Positions 46,480 to 56,702 of a DNA stretch of 64,000 nt are shown one piece after another. The position numbers and the translations under genes were made by a program. The notes under the pieces were generated by a model, which ran no database searches, was not told the origin of the DNA, and saw only the letters and a program-made list of their open reading frames with translations. Numbering within the stretch: position 1 is the first letter of the stretch; every line of letters starts with the position of its first letter. Location of the stretch: the NCBI GenBank assembly GCA_964643995.1, contig CAZXUJ010000004.1, positions 8,606-72,605 of the forward strand. The letters are read 5' to 3'. This DNA comes from an uncultured Candidatus Saccharibacteria bacterium. Its GTDB lineage: Bacteria; Patescibacteriota; WWE3; UBA101185; UBA10185.

Positions 46480-47178
46480 ACTTCTATACTACTCTTTCGT
46501 GGTAGGTTTTGGTAGTGTAAGAGCAGTATAAGGACAACGACGTAGCAGGCAGTGGTAAAAACTGTAGTTTCAACAAAGGTTAATGCCGTGAGTGCCCCCC
46601 ACAGAAGCTTTGGAACATTAATTTTAGTTAACAATACCAATGCAACAAACAAAATTATCTTGTCGTACCGATAAGCATGTGCGGTAAAAACTACCCCTGC
46701 TACTAGTGCTGTGCTAAATAAGTACTCCAACGTTGACGTTTTAGATAATATGCCCAGTTTTAAAATGAGCAGAAGGTATCCCAAACCTGATGCAATCAAT
46801 ACAGGAGTACTAAAAATCGGCATTTGTAAAACCTCTGCTAGATAGGCCTGTACGGTTATCATATGCGGTAACAAGCAGTAATCCTATATATACTCCAGCA
46901 GCAATTAAATAGGCATCATATAAACCCACCCTAGTGAGAGGGGCAAAAAGTATTGCAAGTACAGGCAATCCCCTAAATGGCAGATAATATGGTCTTGCAG
47001 CTGCTGGCACCTCAATTTCTTGTATGGTATAGTACGCGGCGGTTCTTATACCTCCAATGCTTTGATAGGACTGATATTGAGTAGCTGAGTCGTATAGGAG
47101 CCGAGGGGTTGTTTTTACCAGATTTCCTGCAGAGTAATATCCCGGAAAATCTCCTTGACGAATACTTTGCTCTCGCAA
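46476..47178 (-). pseudogene. frameshifted or truncated third paralog of the DUF2029/GT87-like membrane protein family
   Basis: Two overlapping ORFs in different frames (46810-47178 and 46476-46874). The upstream piece, …FPGYYSAGNLVK…YYLPFRGLPVLAILFAPLT…, matches the N-terminal region of paralog B. The start is TTG and the total length is shorter than the intact paralogs. Confidence 0.35.
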
Positions 47179-47275
47179 GATATGTGGTCAATAAAAGAAG
47201 ATGTTTTTGCCTGTAAACACAAGTAATATGGCGTAACCAGTCGTGAGTATTATTCTCCTTATGTTGGGTTGTTTG

Positions 47276-49072
47276 CTATTGGTAATTTCCACGTTTTTGC
47301 ATGTTTAAAAGGTCTATTATTTCTTGAGGGGTTGTGGTGTCACTTGCACGTTTATCATCCCGAAATTTCAATAGTCGTGGAAATCTCAATGCATACCCCA
47401 AGGAATGTGTTTGTGAAACTGACACCTCGTCTGCCCCTAACTCTACGACTATCTCAGGCGCAGTCCAGACATCAGGTTTATAAAGTTTGTTAACAACATA
47501 ATTTTTCGGTTGTTCCTTTACAGCGACTTTGTCGGCTTTCTGCTTTAAAGTGATCCAATCCTCATCCTTGAGGCCCGTACCAACCTTGGTTATGGTTTTG
47601 TACACACCTTCATCCGGATCGAATATTCCTACTAAAAATCCACCAATTCCAAATTTTGATCTCACGCCTCGCCCAAAATAGTAACCCAAAACAACTACGT
47701 CTACGCTATCGTCAAGCAACTTCGTATCCGCAACTTTTATCTTTACCCAATTAAAAGACCTTGCTCCTGCTTGGTATTCAACCTCAGGCTTTTTCAAAAT
47801 TAACCCTTCAAGCCCTTTTTCTCGTGCTTCCGCAAAATATGACTTTAATCCCTCAACCGTTCTAATTTCTGGATAGTCATCTACCAAAATAACATCGCCC
47901 TCTTTAACTATCTTTTTGAGAAGCTCTTTACGTTTAATCAAAGGCTCTGTAGTCAACGATTTTCCATTGAGGTAAAGCAAATCAAAAACAAAATACTTCA
48001 ACGGAATCTTTTCGGCTATTTCTTTGACATTGTGCTTACGTTTTCTTTGCATAATCTGTTGAAACGGTAAAAATTCCATAGTTTCAGGATCATATCCAAC
48101 CGCCTCACCATCGATAATCACACTTGTTGCATCGATTTGACCTAATGCAGCCTCAACAATGTCAGGATACTGATATGTCACTTCCTCAAGATTTCGAGTA
48201 AAAGTCTTCACAAAGGTTCTCTCAGGAGTTTCTTCTGCAAATAGATTTTTTTGTTCGAGTTCTGTCGTCTCCAGCTTTTTAGACTTATCCATGTGAAGTT
48301 GAACACGTGTACCATCAAACTTGTACTCAGCCCAAACACACTCCATTTTTTCGATAATCTCTTCAAAAGTTGGTATCCTTTGACACTTTTGCGGCAGAAT
48401 GGGCACGCCGACTTCAATACCAATTTTATCTACTCCGGTATCACCAAGCTCTTTAATCTTTTTAGCAATCAAGCCGATATCAGGGTGCAAATTGTAAATT
48501 TCTTCGAGTTTAGCTTTAAAATCCTTTTTCGCTTCTTTTTCGGTCTTGCCTACGTACTGCACCAAAGCATCCAAAACAGTCAACTCAGTGAAGCCAAGTC
48601 GCATAGTACCCAAAATAATTCTCACTACATATTTTGCGGACAGCGCGTCAACGCTTTGCAAAAGCTCGGAAGTTTTGGCAATTTTCAAATCTTGTGAACC
48701 GGCTCCGTCGGAATCTGCTATTTCCCAGAGCTTTTTGTAGGTATCGGGGATGTTTAGACCCTTATGGCTGTTTTCACCAACTATACTCTCTACGACTCCG
48801 CCTAGATCTCCTTTTTCAGAATAAAGCCTCATAAGTTCCTCGGGGCTTTTGTGAAACGCTTGTTCTAAAGCTCGTAAAATCATCTTGTCGGCAATATTAA
48901 ACTTTTTGTTCTTATATTGAGCTTGCAGCTCACCAAGAGCCAAATACACAGCCAAGTCAGTTTCTTCCTTGTCCAGCTCGTTTAATAGAGAGGTCAAAAT
49001 ATCAGTGATTTCTAGCCTCTTTGAGGTCTCTGCAAGCTTTTGAAGGTATATAGCGAAATTACGGAATTGCAT
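47276..49072 (-). CDS. ATP-dependent DNA ligase (Lig I/archaeal-type)
   Basis: 598 aa. N-terminal DNA-binding domain, the adenylation motif I EYKFDGTRVQ (KxDG), and the OB-fold C-terminus. Confidence 0.85.
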   Translation of the reverse strand: MQFRNFAIYLQKLAETSKRLEITDILTSLLNELDKEETDLAVYLALGELQAQYKNKKFNIADKMILRALEQAFHKSPEELMRLYSEKGDLGGVVESIVGENSHKGLNIPDTYKKLWEIADSDGAGSQDLKIAKTSELLQSVDALSAKYVVRIILGTMRLGFTELTVLDALVQYVGKTEKEAKKDFKAKLEEIYNLHPDIGLIAKKIKELGDTGVDKIGIEVGVPILPQKCQRIPTFEEIIEKMECVWAEYKFDGTRVQLHMDKSKKLETTELEQKNLFAEETPERTFVKTFTRNLEEVTYQYPDIVEAALGQIDATSVIIDGEAVGYDPETMEFLPFQQIMQRKRKHNVKEIAEKIPLKYFVFDLLYLNGKSLTTEPLIKRKELLKKIVKEGDVILVDDYPEIRTVEGLKSYFAEAREKGLEGLILKKPEVEYQAGARSFNWVKIKVADTKLLDDSVDVVVLGYYFGRGVRSKFGIGGFLVGIFDPDEGVYKTITKVGTGLKDEDWITLKQKADKVAVKEQPKNYVVNKLYKPDVWTAPEIVVELGADEVSVSQTHSLGYALRFPRLLKFRDDKRASDTTTPQEIIDLLNMQKRGNYQ

Positions 49073-49239
49073 ACCTAAAGTATACCTTATAGTGAGTTTT
49101 TGGCCTTATACCAACACTTTTGTAGGTAGGCTATACCCTGTAGTAGCAACGATACCTAGCGTTTGAGCGCTGAAACTTTGACACACTGCGGTATAATTAA
49201 CTTATTGTCGGAAGGCAAACCAATATATAAGGAGAGCAC

Positions 49240-49431
49240 ATGAACCCGATTACATGGTTGTTCGGTACAGAAGATGATGATGCAGTTGTTCCGTTTGAGG
49301 TGTCCGAGGAAGTTCCTGCGTGGTTAAAGGAAGAAGATATTCATGATGCAGGGACTCACCAAGAGACTTCTGAGGACAATAGCTGGGTGAGACTCGGTTT
49401 AGCCAAGCTGCACAAGCGCCGTCAAGGTTAG
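49240..49431 (+). CDS. small acidic protein (hypothetical)
   Basis: 63 aa, strong SD AAGGAGAG 5 nt upstream of the ATG. Confidence 0.35.
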   Translation: MNPITWLFGTEDDDAVVPFEVSEEVPAWLKEEDIHDAGTHQETSEDNSWVRLGLAKLHKRRQG

Positions 49432-49607
49432 TTCTATCGGATGGAGAGTTACAGCTTAATAAATGAAATTCTTTTTATTATTCTGTCCTTGTCTATATGA
49501 CACTCCATCCAAATTTTTTCTTTTTACCTTACCCTCAAGTTATCCACAATTCTTTATTTATTCTATTAGCAACTAAAAATGTTCACCCGTAAACTATAGG
49601 GCTTTAC

Positions 49608-50606
49608 CTATATTTCACTTATTACGTCAAACCCTTTATAGCTTCCCACAATCGCTAGTCCGAATACTTTTTTGGCGACGCCTTCATCTTTTAGTTTTTT
49701 GGCAACTTCATTCATTGATGCTCCAGATCCAACTGCATCATCAAGTAGTAGAACGTTTTTAAACTTTACTGATGCGTCTTTGATGTGAATAGATGAACGT
49801 GCATTTTGTATTCTTTCCTCAAGTTTGCTGAGTGTTTTTTGTGCTACTGGAAAATCACCTTTGTATGCTTTAACCAAAGTTATTTTAGGTATTTTGATAG
49901 TTAGATTTTTTTCGAGTTCTTTCAGAAATTGAATCTTTCTCGGTATTGTAGGTGGGATTATGCCTAACGCATTAATCTTATGTTTTTTAATGATTTCGTG
50001 TACCTTATCGTTTACTTCTGTTGAAATACCTTTTATTAATTTTGGTTGTTGTCCTTGTTTGGAGTATAGAACAAGTTGCCCCAGTCGTGTTTTCCCAAAT
50101 TTTGGCAGACTATAAAAATCCATAAAATAAACTTCATCTATTGCCAGATTTTCATCGAATGTACTGTTTAACTTTTGCGTTGCATTTATCAGCCCAATTG
50201 AATTTCTATGCCTCCCTACATCCTTCATTATCTTCACGTATTCATTCATTAAGGTGTGTATACGAGGGGACATTTTTATATTAGCTACCCATTTTTGAAA
50301 ACCCTCAAAGCCATATAGTAACTCTCCAGAAGGGGACACCCACAAGTAGTTATCATCGATAAAGCTACTTGCTTTTGATTGAGGTGCATCTTGTACAGTA
50401 ATGGCGGTATCACTTTCATTAATTTCATAAAAAACCAGCGGTGCTTTGCCTAGTTTTGTCACGGCCTCTTCTTCTTGAAGATTTTTGAGGTGTCTATGTA
50501 TGATTTGCCTGCTTAGCCCAAACTCTCTACTTAGCTCTTCTATACGAGCTTTTTTGTGCTTTGCAAGGTAATCTATCAGTTTGGATTTGGTATTTCGAAA
50601 CCCCAT
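49608..50606 (-). CDS. winged-HTH domain plus phosphoribosyltransferase (ComF-like PRTase) domain protein
   Basis: 332 aa. N-terminal HTH (…ARIEELSREFGLSRQIIHRHLKNL…). C-terminal PRTase motif VLLLDDAVGSGASM. Confidence 0.5.
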   Translation of the reverse strand: MGFRNTKSKLIDYLAKHKKARIEELSREFGLSRQIIHRHLKNLQEEEAVTKLGKAPLVFYEINESDTAITVQDAPQSKASSFIDDNYLWVSPSGELLYGFEGFQKWVANIKMSPRIHTLMNEYVKIMKDVGRHRNSIGLINATQKLNSTFDENLAIDEVYFMDFYSLPKFGKTRLGQLVLYSKQGQQPKLIKGISTEVNDKVHEIIKKHKINALGIIPPTIPRKIQFLKELEKNLTIKIPKITLVKAYKGDFPVAQKTLSKLEERIQNARSSIHIKDASVKFKNVLLLDDAVGSGASMNEVAKKLKDEGVAKKVFGLAIVGSYKGFDVISEI

Positions 50607-50655
50607 ATGTTTACAGTTTACAGTCTACTGTAAACTCTGTGATTTGTAAACATTT

Positions 50656-51627
50656 TCAAGTTAGTTCGTAATGTGAGCTTTTGGTTTTACCTTTTTTAAC
50701 TACAATGTTTTTATCCATCAATCCCTTAAGTTCTCTCAAAACTGTATCTTCGGAAATGCTTGGAAATAGTTTAGGGAAGTCGGTGTTTTGAAGCATGCCA
50801 AAGTCCTGTAGGTATTCAATAATTTTTTCTTGTCTTTGAGATAATCTTGCTTCGTCCCCTGCGGCACGTGCAATCTTAATGTCGCGGGCTAGCATCTTAA
50901 CGTTTTCGGCTATGCTAGTAATTTCCCTACTAAAACCTTCTGTGAAGTAGTCTATCCATCTGGTGAAGTCGTCATTTTTGTTGGCGTCGTAGAGTGTATC
51001 AAGGTAAGTTCTACGTGTTTGCATGAAGTATTCTTCCATGGCGTAAAAGCCTTTGATGTTGTAATTGAAAGTTTTTAGACATAGATTGGCCAATAGATCA
51101 GAGAGTATGCTGTTACCCACCTCAAATGGGGCAATGTACTCAATGCGCGCTTTAAAGATGGCTATTGATACCAGTGGATGAGTTTCTTTGGCGTCCAGGC
51201 TGTTGTACCAATCTATAACTGCGCTAAGCTCTGCCAATATTTCTGGGGCAGGGAGTTTACGTTCCATATGAGCACTACGATAGGTTAAATTTTTGTTAAA
51301 GCAAAGATAAATGGCTTTTATGTCAGCTTCGTTTATTTCCATATGCCTTGAAAGTGTTGTGGCTACATCTAAAGCTTTTTGATAGTTTTTCATTTCAACT
51401 GTAGGTGAAGTTGGCAAGCCTGAAACAAATCTTTTCACAATATCAAAATTAATGTTTAGGCCTTCTCGCATAAGTGAAAAGTAAATTGTTCTTGTTGTGG
51501 CATCTTTTTCTAGTTGTGTAGTCCAGTTGGGTAGTAAAGTAGTAGTCTCAATTATTGCCCGCGCGTATTCGCTGCTCGCTATGTTTTTTAGAGTATTTCC
51601 AGTGATTGCGTATTCTGGGAGGAACAT
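50656..51627 (-). CDS. Fic/DOC-family-like protein with a degenerate active-site motif and a C-terminal winged helix
   Basis: 323 aa. The position of the Fic motif reads APFEVGNSI instead of HPFx[DE]GNGR, so the catalytic His is absent. C-terminal wHTH-like segment. Confidence 0.45.
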   Translation of the reverse strand: MFLPEYAITGNTLKNIASSEYARAIIETTTLLPNWTTQLEKDATTRTIYFSLMREGLNINFDIVKRFVSGLPTSPTVEMKNYQKALDVATTLSRHMEINEADIKAIYLCFNKNLTYRSAHMERKLPAPEILAELSAVIDWYNSLDAKETHPLVSIAIFKARIEYIAPFEVGNSILSDLLANLCLKTFNYNIKGFYAMEEYFMQTRRTYLDTLYDANKNDDFTRWIDYFTEGFSREITSIAENVKMLARDIKIARAAGDEARLSQRQEKIIEYLQDFGMLQNTDFPKLFPSISEDTVLRELKGLMDKNIVVKKGKTKSSHYELT

Positions 51628-51668
51628 TTGATTTATTCTCGCATATTTCCCGCAGAAACTCTATACTT

Positions 51669-53678
51669 ATGAGGAAAGGTTATAATACAAACATGTGGCT
51701 AGAGTTACTCCAGGTGACTTTGTTTTATCTAAACATATTTTCCATCGGTCTGTTTGGTACTGTGTTTATTCGCAAGTTTTTTGGATATTCCGTAGAAACT
51801 TCTTACGTTTTTGGAAGGCTCGCAGGGCTACTTATTTTGGCTTATATAACTTGGTTTCTTGGCACAGTTGGTGTTGTTTCGTTTTCGAGTCGTTTTATTT
51901 GGGTTATATATCTTATTCTTATTTTCACGGCTTTGTGTTTTTCTCGGGATCTTTCATTACGTGAAAGCTTAGGGAAGTTATTAAAATTAGAGCTGGTATA
52001 TTTTTTACCTTTTGCTTTTATAACCATCTACTTGTTTGTGTTTCCAGACATTATAAATGCTGAAAAATACATGAATTTTGGTATTTTTAATTCATTGTTG
52101 AATTTCGATGTGTTGCCTCCCAAAGATATGTGGTTAGCGCCCTATAGCTTGAACTATTACTACTTTGGACATTTAGTTTATGCGATACCTGCTAAAATGT
52201 TCTCATACCAGCCTGAAGTAGTATTCAATATTGTTTTATCCACTATTTTTGGTCTAGTGTTTCTTCAAGTTTATTACTTCGTTTACGAACTCACCGCAAA
52301 AGCTAAGTACGCATTTCTTGGAAGTTTTCTTGTATGTTTCGCAGGCAATCTTTTTCCGGTGTTGTACTTTTTATTAAACCCAGCAGGAGATGTGAGTGTT
52401 ATCCAGCGCTCGGTGCGTTTTATTCCAGATGCTATTAACGACTTCCCAAGTTATAGTTTTTTTCTGGGGGGGCTCCATTCCCACGTTTTTGACCTCCCTA
52501 TAGTGATACTGTTTCTGTACCTACTTTACAAGCTATATGTTAGTGGAACCAAGCTAAAGTTACATTTGTTTGTTTTGTCCTTTTTGTTAGGTGCTATGTA
52601 TGTGACTAACAGTTGGGATTTTCTTGTTTATGCTTTTTTTCTTGGTTTTGTCTTGGCGGCATTTATGAAATTGCGTGTTTTGTTGCTGACTTACACCATA
52701 ATTATTTTTGGGTCTTTTTTGTTTTTTGTGCCTTATCATTTGACTGTCGTGTCCTCTGCCATATATGGAATTGGCTATGTTGGAACGCCTTCTGGTACGA
52801 TACGTCTAGTAGCGATGTTTGGTGTTTTTTTCCTCTTGGGAATACCTTGGATGCTTCAAAGGTTACCTATAGTGTTCAGAAGGGGATTTCGCACTTTAGA
52901 TAAGACCGATAGTTACATTTTCTTGATGATTCTAGCGAGTTTACTGATTGTTTTTAGTACAGAAATTTTATACATAAAAGACTTGCTTGCTGTGGAGAAT
53001 TTTTCGCAACGCAGATCAAACACTGTATATAAGTTTTGGTATGAGGCTTGGATTATGTTTAGTATTGCTATACCTTACGTGCTGTATAAAGTTTTGTCAT
53101 TTCGGAATAGCTTTTATAAACCTACTCTGCTTGTTGTACTGGGAGTTTTGTCTTTAACGGTCATTTATCCTACTTATAATTTTGTAGCAACTTACTACAA
53201 TCGTGTGCATACGGTAGAAAATCCTATCATAACGCTCGACGGCACCAAATACTTACTTATGGATTTCCCTGATATTTATAATGGAATAGCTTACCTAAAA
53301 ACCCTGGACCGCGATGTTGTTTTGCTAGAGCCTCCGGGAGAGCAATATGGTGAAAATCATTCCATTTTTTCATCTTATACTGGCGTCCCATCCGTTTTGG
53401 GTTGGTACAATCATGAGCGTGTTTGGAGAGGTGCGCCCCCAGAAATTTATGATCGTCTGTATGATATAAAAGCTATTTATACTGCAACTGAAACCGACAA
53501 AATTGCTGAGTTGTTACAAAAATACAAAGTAAATTACGTAATAATAAATGACCATGCACGCGAGCTTTATGGTGATGGTGCAGGTGATGGGGTACGCGTG
53601 TTTTCAACAACAGTCTATAAAAACGACTCTATTGAATTTTTGAAAATCTCAACCCTTCCTGACCACTCCCAACAGTAG
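51669..53678 (+). CDS. large polytopic membrane protein with a C-terminal soluble domain (putative GT-C-like glycosyltransferase or oligosaccharyltransferase-like)
   Basis: The ORF runs from 51606. The start is moved to MRKGYN… to avoid overlapping the divergent Fic-like start. About 16 TM helices plus about a 160-aa C-terminal domain. Confidence 0.35.
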   Translation: MRKGYNTNMWLELLQVTLFYLNIFSIGLFGTVFIRKFFGYSVETSYVFGRLAGLLILAYITWFLGTVGVVSFSSRFIWVIYLILIFTALCFSRDLSLRESLGKLLKLELVYFLPFAFITIYLFVFPDIINAEKYMNFGIFNSLLNFDVLPPKDMWLAPYSLNYYYFGHLVYAIPAKMFSYQPEVVFNIVLSTIFGLVFLQVYYFVYELTAKAKYAFLGSFLVCFAGNLFPVLYFLLNPAGDVSVIQRSVRFIPDAINDFPSYSFFLGGLHSHVFDLPIVILFLYLLYKLYVSGTKLKLHLFVLSFLLGAMYVTNSWDFLVYAFFLGFVLAAFMKLRVLLLTYTIIIFGSFLFFVPYHLTVVSSAIYGIGYVGTPSGTIRLVAMFGVFFLLGIPWMLQRLPIVFRRGFRTLDKTDSYIFLMILASLLIVFSTEILYIKDLLAVENFSQRRSNTVYKFWYEAWIMFSIAIPYVLYKVLSFRNSFYKPTLLVVLGVLSLTVIYPTYNFVATYYNRVHTVENPIITLDGTKYLLMDFPDIYNGIAYLKTLDRDVVLLEPPGEQYGENHSIFSSYTGVPSVLGWYNHERVWRGAPPEIYDRLYDIKAIYTATETDKIAELLQKYKVNYVIINDHARELYGDGAGDGVRVFSTTVYKNDSIEFLKISTLPDHSQQ

Positions 53679-54678
53679 TGATAATGGTTTGTTGTAGGGG
53701 AATGATGTTTTCAATTGCAGTTCTATGTTCTTTATCAAGTTCTGAGTAAATATCGTCTAGCAATAAAACAGGCCTCATACCTACCATTTTTTCAATGTAA
53801 TCGAGTTCACAAAGTTTTAAAATTAACACCAGTACTCTTTGTTGTCCTCTTGAGCCAAATCCAGCTAAATCATGCGTATTGAATACAAACTCTATATCAT
53901 CACGGTGTGGCCCCATTAAGGTCGACTTTGCTGCTATTTCGCGAGGTTGATATTCTATAAGCTTTTCGGGTGTAACTTCTTTTTTTATATATTTTGCGTG
54001 GTAATCATTTTTCTGTTCGGTTAGTTTAGCCGCATATTTGTGTATGTTGTCATTAAGAAAATCCAGAAAATCCTGGCGCCGCAGTTGGATCTTGGTTCCA
54101 TGCATCAAAATCTGTTCGTCCCAAAAATCTAACTGTTTCAAGCCTACATGTTCCTCTCGGATTTTTTCCAATAATCTGTTTCGTTGACGTAGCGCTTTAG
54201 TATAGGCCGTGTGGGCCTTTTTATATTCGCGATCAATTTGAAAAAATACTGTGTCCAAGTATTTTCTTCTTAGGCTAGGGGAACCTATTACGAGTTCGAT
54301 GCTTTCTGGTGTAAATAGCACGGTGTTTAACTGCCCAGCAAAAATGCTAAGACTTTTGGTTGTTTTGTCTATTTTTGCTAATTTTTTTGACATGTTTTCG
54401 AAATTTGGGTTTCTTTGGATTGCCAACTGTAGGTTTATGGTGTCCTCGTCTCTGATAATATTTGCTACTACGTTAGCTGTATCGTTTTCGTGATTGATCA
54501 TTTCTTTGTCATATTGTGCCTTCATTGATTTAGTTGTAGATAGTAGGTGAATTGCTTCTAAAATATTGCTTTTTCCACACCCGTTCGGCCCTTCTATTAG
54601 AAATGAGTCGCCATTGAATTCAATTAGTAGTTTTTTGTGGTTCCTAAAGTTTTTAAGCTCGAGTTTTGTGATTTTCAT
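53629..54678 (-). CDS. recF: DNA replication and repair protein RecF
   Basis: Likely start MKITKLELKNFRNH… (the ORF extends to 54723). Walker A GPNGCGKSN and an SMC-like signature region. The start overlaps the fpg stop by 4 nt. Confidence 0.8.
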   Translation of the reverse strand: MKITKLELKNFRNHKKLLIEFNGDSFLIEGPNGCGKSNILEAIHLLSTTKSMKAQYDKEMINHENDTANVVANIIRDEDTINLQLAIQRNPNFENMSKKLAKIDKTTKSLSIFAGQLNTVLFTPESIELVIGSPSLRRKYLDTVFFQIDREYKKAHTAYTKALRQRNRLLEKIREEHVGLKQLDFWDEQILMHGTKIQLRRQDFLDFLNDNIHKYAAKLTEQKNDYHAKYIKKEVTPEKLIEYQPREIAAKSTLMGPHRDDIEFVFNTHDLAGFGSRGQQRVLVLILKLCELDYIEKMVGMRPVLLLDDIYSELDKEHRTAIENIIPLQQTIITTVGSGQEGLRFSKIQ

Positions 54679-55529
54679 ATATCGTTTGCGAATAAGGTAG
54701 GGATATCGCTTTTGAATTGGCACCTGCTACAAAAATATGTTCCTCTTCCATTCAATTGTTTGAATTCAATCTTGCTAGAACATCTGGTGCAAATTTCTTT
54801 TCGATATACCCTAAAGTAGTTTTGTTGTTGGCCTTTTTTACCAAATAGATCAACGTAGTCACTCATACTTATGCCACGATTTTGTATTCCTTCTTGAAGG
54901 ACATCCTTGCTGGCGTCTAGCAATCTAGCCGCCATAGTGAGGCTGATCTGTTTTGTCTGAGTTTCAGGATGTATCTGAGCTATCCAAAGTGCATCTGTTG
55001 CATAGACATTTCCCAGGCCGGATATCAGATTTTGATCCAAAAGTGCATTTTTTATTGTTGTTCTCTTGGATTGAACAATCTGATGAAATTCCTGTGGCCT
55101 TAGTTTTGTATCCAGAGGTTCTGGTCCGTATTTTTCTTTTATCAGTCCTAACTCTTTGCTATTTAATAGTTTTACCTTACCAAACATTCTCATATCACAG
55201 AATCTTAATTCAAAGCTTTTACGGTTCTTTTCTAGATCGAAAACCACTCTTTCCCATTTATCACTTGCTTGCTCAGGTTTTCGAAGTAATAACCGTCCAG
55301 TCATCGCAAGATGCATAACAATCCAATTGCCAGAAGATAGTTGAACCACAATATTCTTTGCAACTCTTTGTACATCCTCAACAACATAGTTTTTTGCTGC
55401 CTTTTCTAAGGTTTCATTATCGGGAAGAGCGCTATATCCATCTCTGATGTGAACGTTTTTTATTTTAGCCCCAAGAGCGTATCTCTTAAGGTCTGTGGTT
55501 ATTGTGTGTACTTCGGGTAGTTCCGGCAT
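54675..55529 (-). CDS. fpg: formamidopyrimidine-DNA glycosylase (Fpg/MutM)
   Basis: 284 aa. N-terminal MPELPEV with the catalytic Pro2. H2TH region. C-terminal zinc finger CTRCSSKIEF…YFCSRCQ. Confidence 0.8.
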   Translation of the reverse strand: MPELPEVHTITTDLKRYALGAKIKNVHIRDGYSALPDNETLEKAAKNYVVEDVQRVAKNIVVQLSSGNWIVMHLAMTGRLLLRKPEQASDKWERVVFDLEKNRKSFELRFCDMRMFGKVKLLNSKELGLIKEKYGPEPLDTKLRPQEFHQIVQSKRTTIKNALLDQNLISGLGNVYATDALWIAQIHPETQTKQISLTMAARLLDASKDVLQEGIQNRGISMSDYVDLFGKKGQQQNYFRVYRKEICTRCSSKIEFKQLNGRGTYFCSRCQFKSDIPTLFANDI

Positions 55530-56637
55530 TAAAAGCCTCCCATTCTTTATCTACTACTTGTCTGAGTTCTTGTTTAAATCTTTCCTTATCAAATTTTTTG
55601 ATCGAGTTCTTTATTTTAGTGGAGTCAAATTGTTTTGTTGTAATCATGTCATCAAACTTCTTAAATTTTTCCAGAAAGCTGGCAACATCAAACTCTTCAA
55701 AAAATGTTCCGCTAACGGCATCAATGATAGTTTCTAAATGACCGCCCGATTTATGAGCAAAGACAGGTTTACCATGTGCCATTGCTTCGATAGGTACGAT
55801 GCCTAAATCTTCATCTTGAACAGAGTTGATTACCCCAAGGCAATTTTCCAGCAGTACGCTTTTTCGTTTTTCAGAAACTTGTCCTTCAAATTTGATGTTA
55901 TTGTTTGCCAGTAGTTTTAATTTATCCTCTTCGCCACCGGTCCCAGCAATAACTAGTGTTTTGCCCAGCTCGTTGAAGGCATTTACCAAAAAGTCGAAGT
56001 TTTTGTATGCCGACAATCTTCCAAGTGCAACGTAATAGTCCTTATATGTAACTTTTTCATTTTTATCTTTTTCGTAGGTGGTTTCTACTGGGGGATAGAT
56101 CACTTGTGCCTCACGTCTGTAAAACTTTCGAATACGTTTTTGTGTTTCTTGTGAGTTTGTTAGCAGTACGTTTGGTCTTTGTGCAGCATAGAAATCCCAA
56201 ATTCTGAGACCAAAATCTATCACCTTAACGAAAGGCTTGAAATACCAAATATTACGTTTCTGACTTTCTACGGAGTATCCATAAAGAAATCTTGGAGGTG
56301 TGTGAATATAACTTATATGCAGTTGGTCTGGCGTTGTTAGTACACCTTTTGGCCAAGCTGTTCCGTCTGAAATTATAATGTCATATTCCCGTAAATCGAA
56401 GCTCTCAAAAACTAGTGGCATTAGAAAGGTTAAAAATTTTTGAAATTTGCTAAGAAGTTTATTTTTAGGCGCAATTATCTTTTGTTTGTTAAGAAAATCT
56501 GAAAGCCTATCTGGACTATATATCCCAGTGTAAATAGGCGCGTCAGGGAAGACTTCGAGTATTGCTTCTAGAGTTTTTTCCGCGCCACCATACTGTACCA
56601 AATATTCATGTACCAAAGCTATTTTTGGTTTTTTCAT
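55486..56637 (-). CDS. glycosyltransferase family 4 (GT-B fold)
   Basis: 383 aa. …IALVHEYLVQYGGAEK… N-terminal domain. C-terminal …GIVPIEAMAHGKPV… (EX7E-like region). Confidence 0.7.
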   Translation of the reverse strand: MKKPKIALVHEYLVQYGGAEKTLEAILEVFPDAPIYTGIYSPDRLSDFLNKQKIIAPKNKLLSKFQKFLTFLMPLVFESFDLREYDIIISDGTAWPKGVLTTPDQLHISYIHTPPRFLYGYSVESQKRNIWYFKPFVKVIDFGLRIWDFYAAQRPNVLLTNSQETQKRIRKFYRREAQVIYPPVETTYEKDKNEKVTYKDYYVALGRLSAYKNFDFLVNAFNELGKTLVIAGTGGEEDKLKLLANNNIKFEGQVSEKRKSVLLENCLGVINSVQDEDLGIVPIEAMAHGKPVFAHKSGGHLETIIDAVSGTFFEEFDVASFLEKFKKFDDMITTKQFDSTKIKNSIKKFDKERFKQELRQVVDKEWEAFNAGTTRSTHNNHRP

Positions 56638-56702
56638 GAGTGTATTATACAGTCCATCAGTCTTTTCTTGTATGAAACATAATTTTGTGAGTTAATATAC
56701 CC

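Noticed and set aside
49540-49548. Isolated perfect DnaA box TTATCCACA in the intergenic region upstream of the HTH-PRTase gene
   Set aside because: A single 9-mer is expected about 0.5 times by chance in 64 kb on two strands. There is no clustering and no AT-rich unwinding element nearby.
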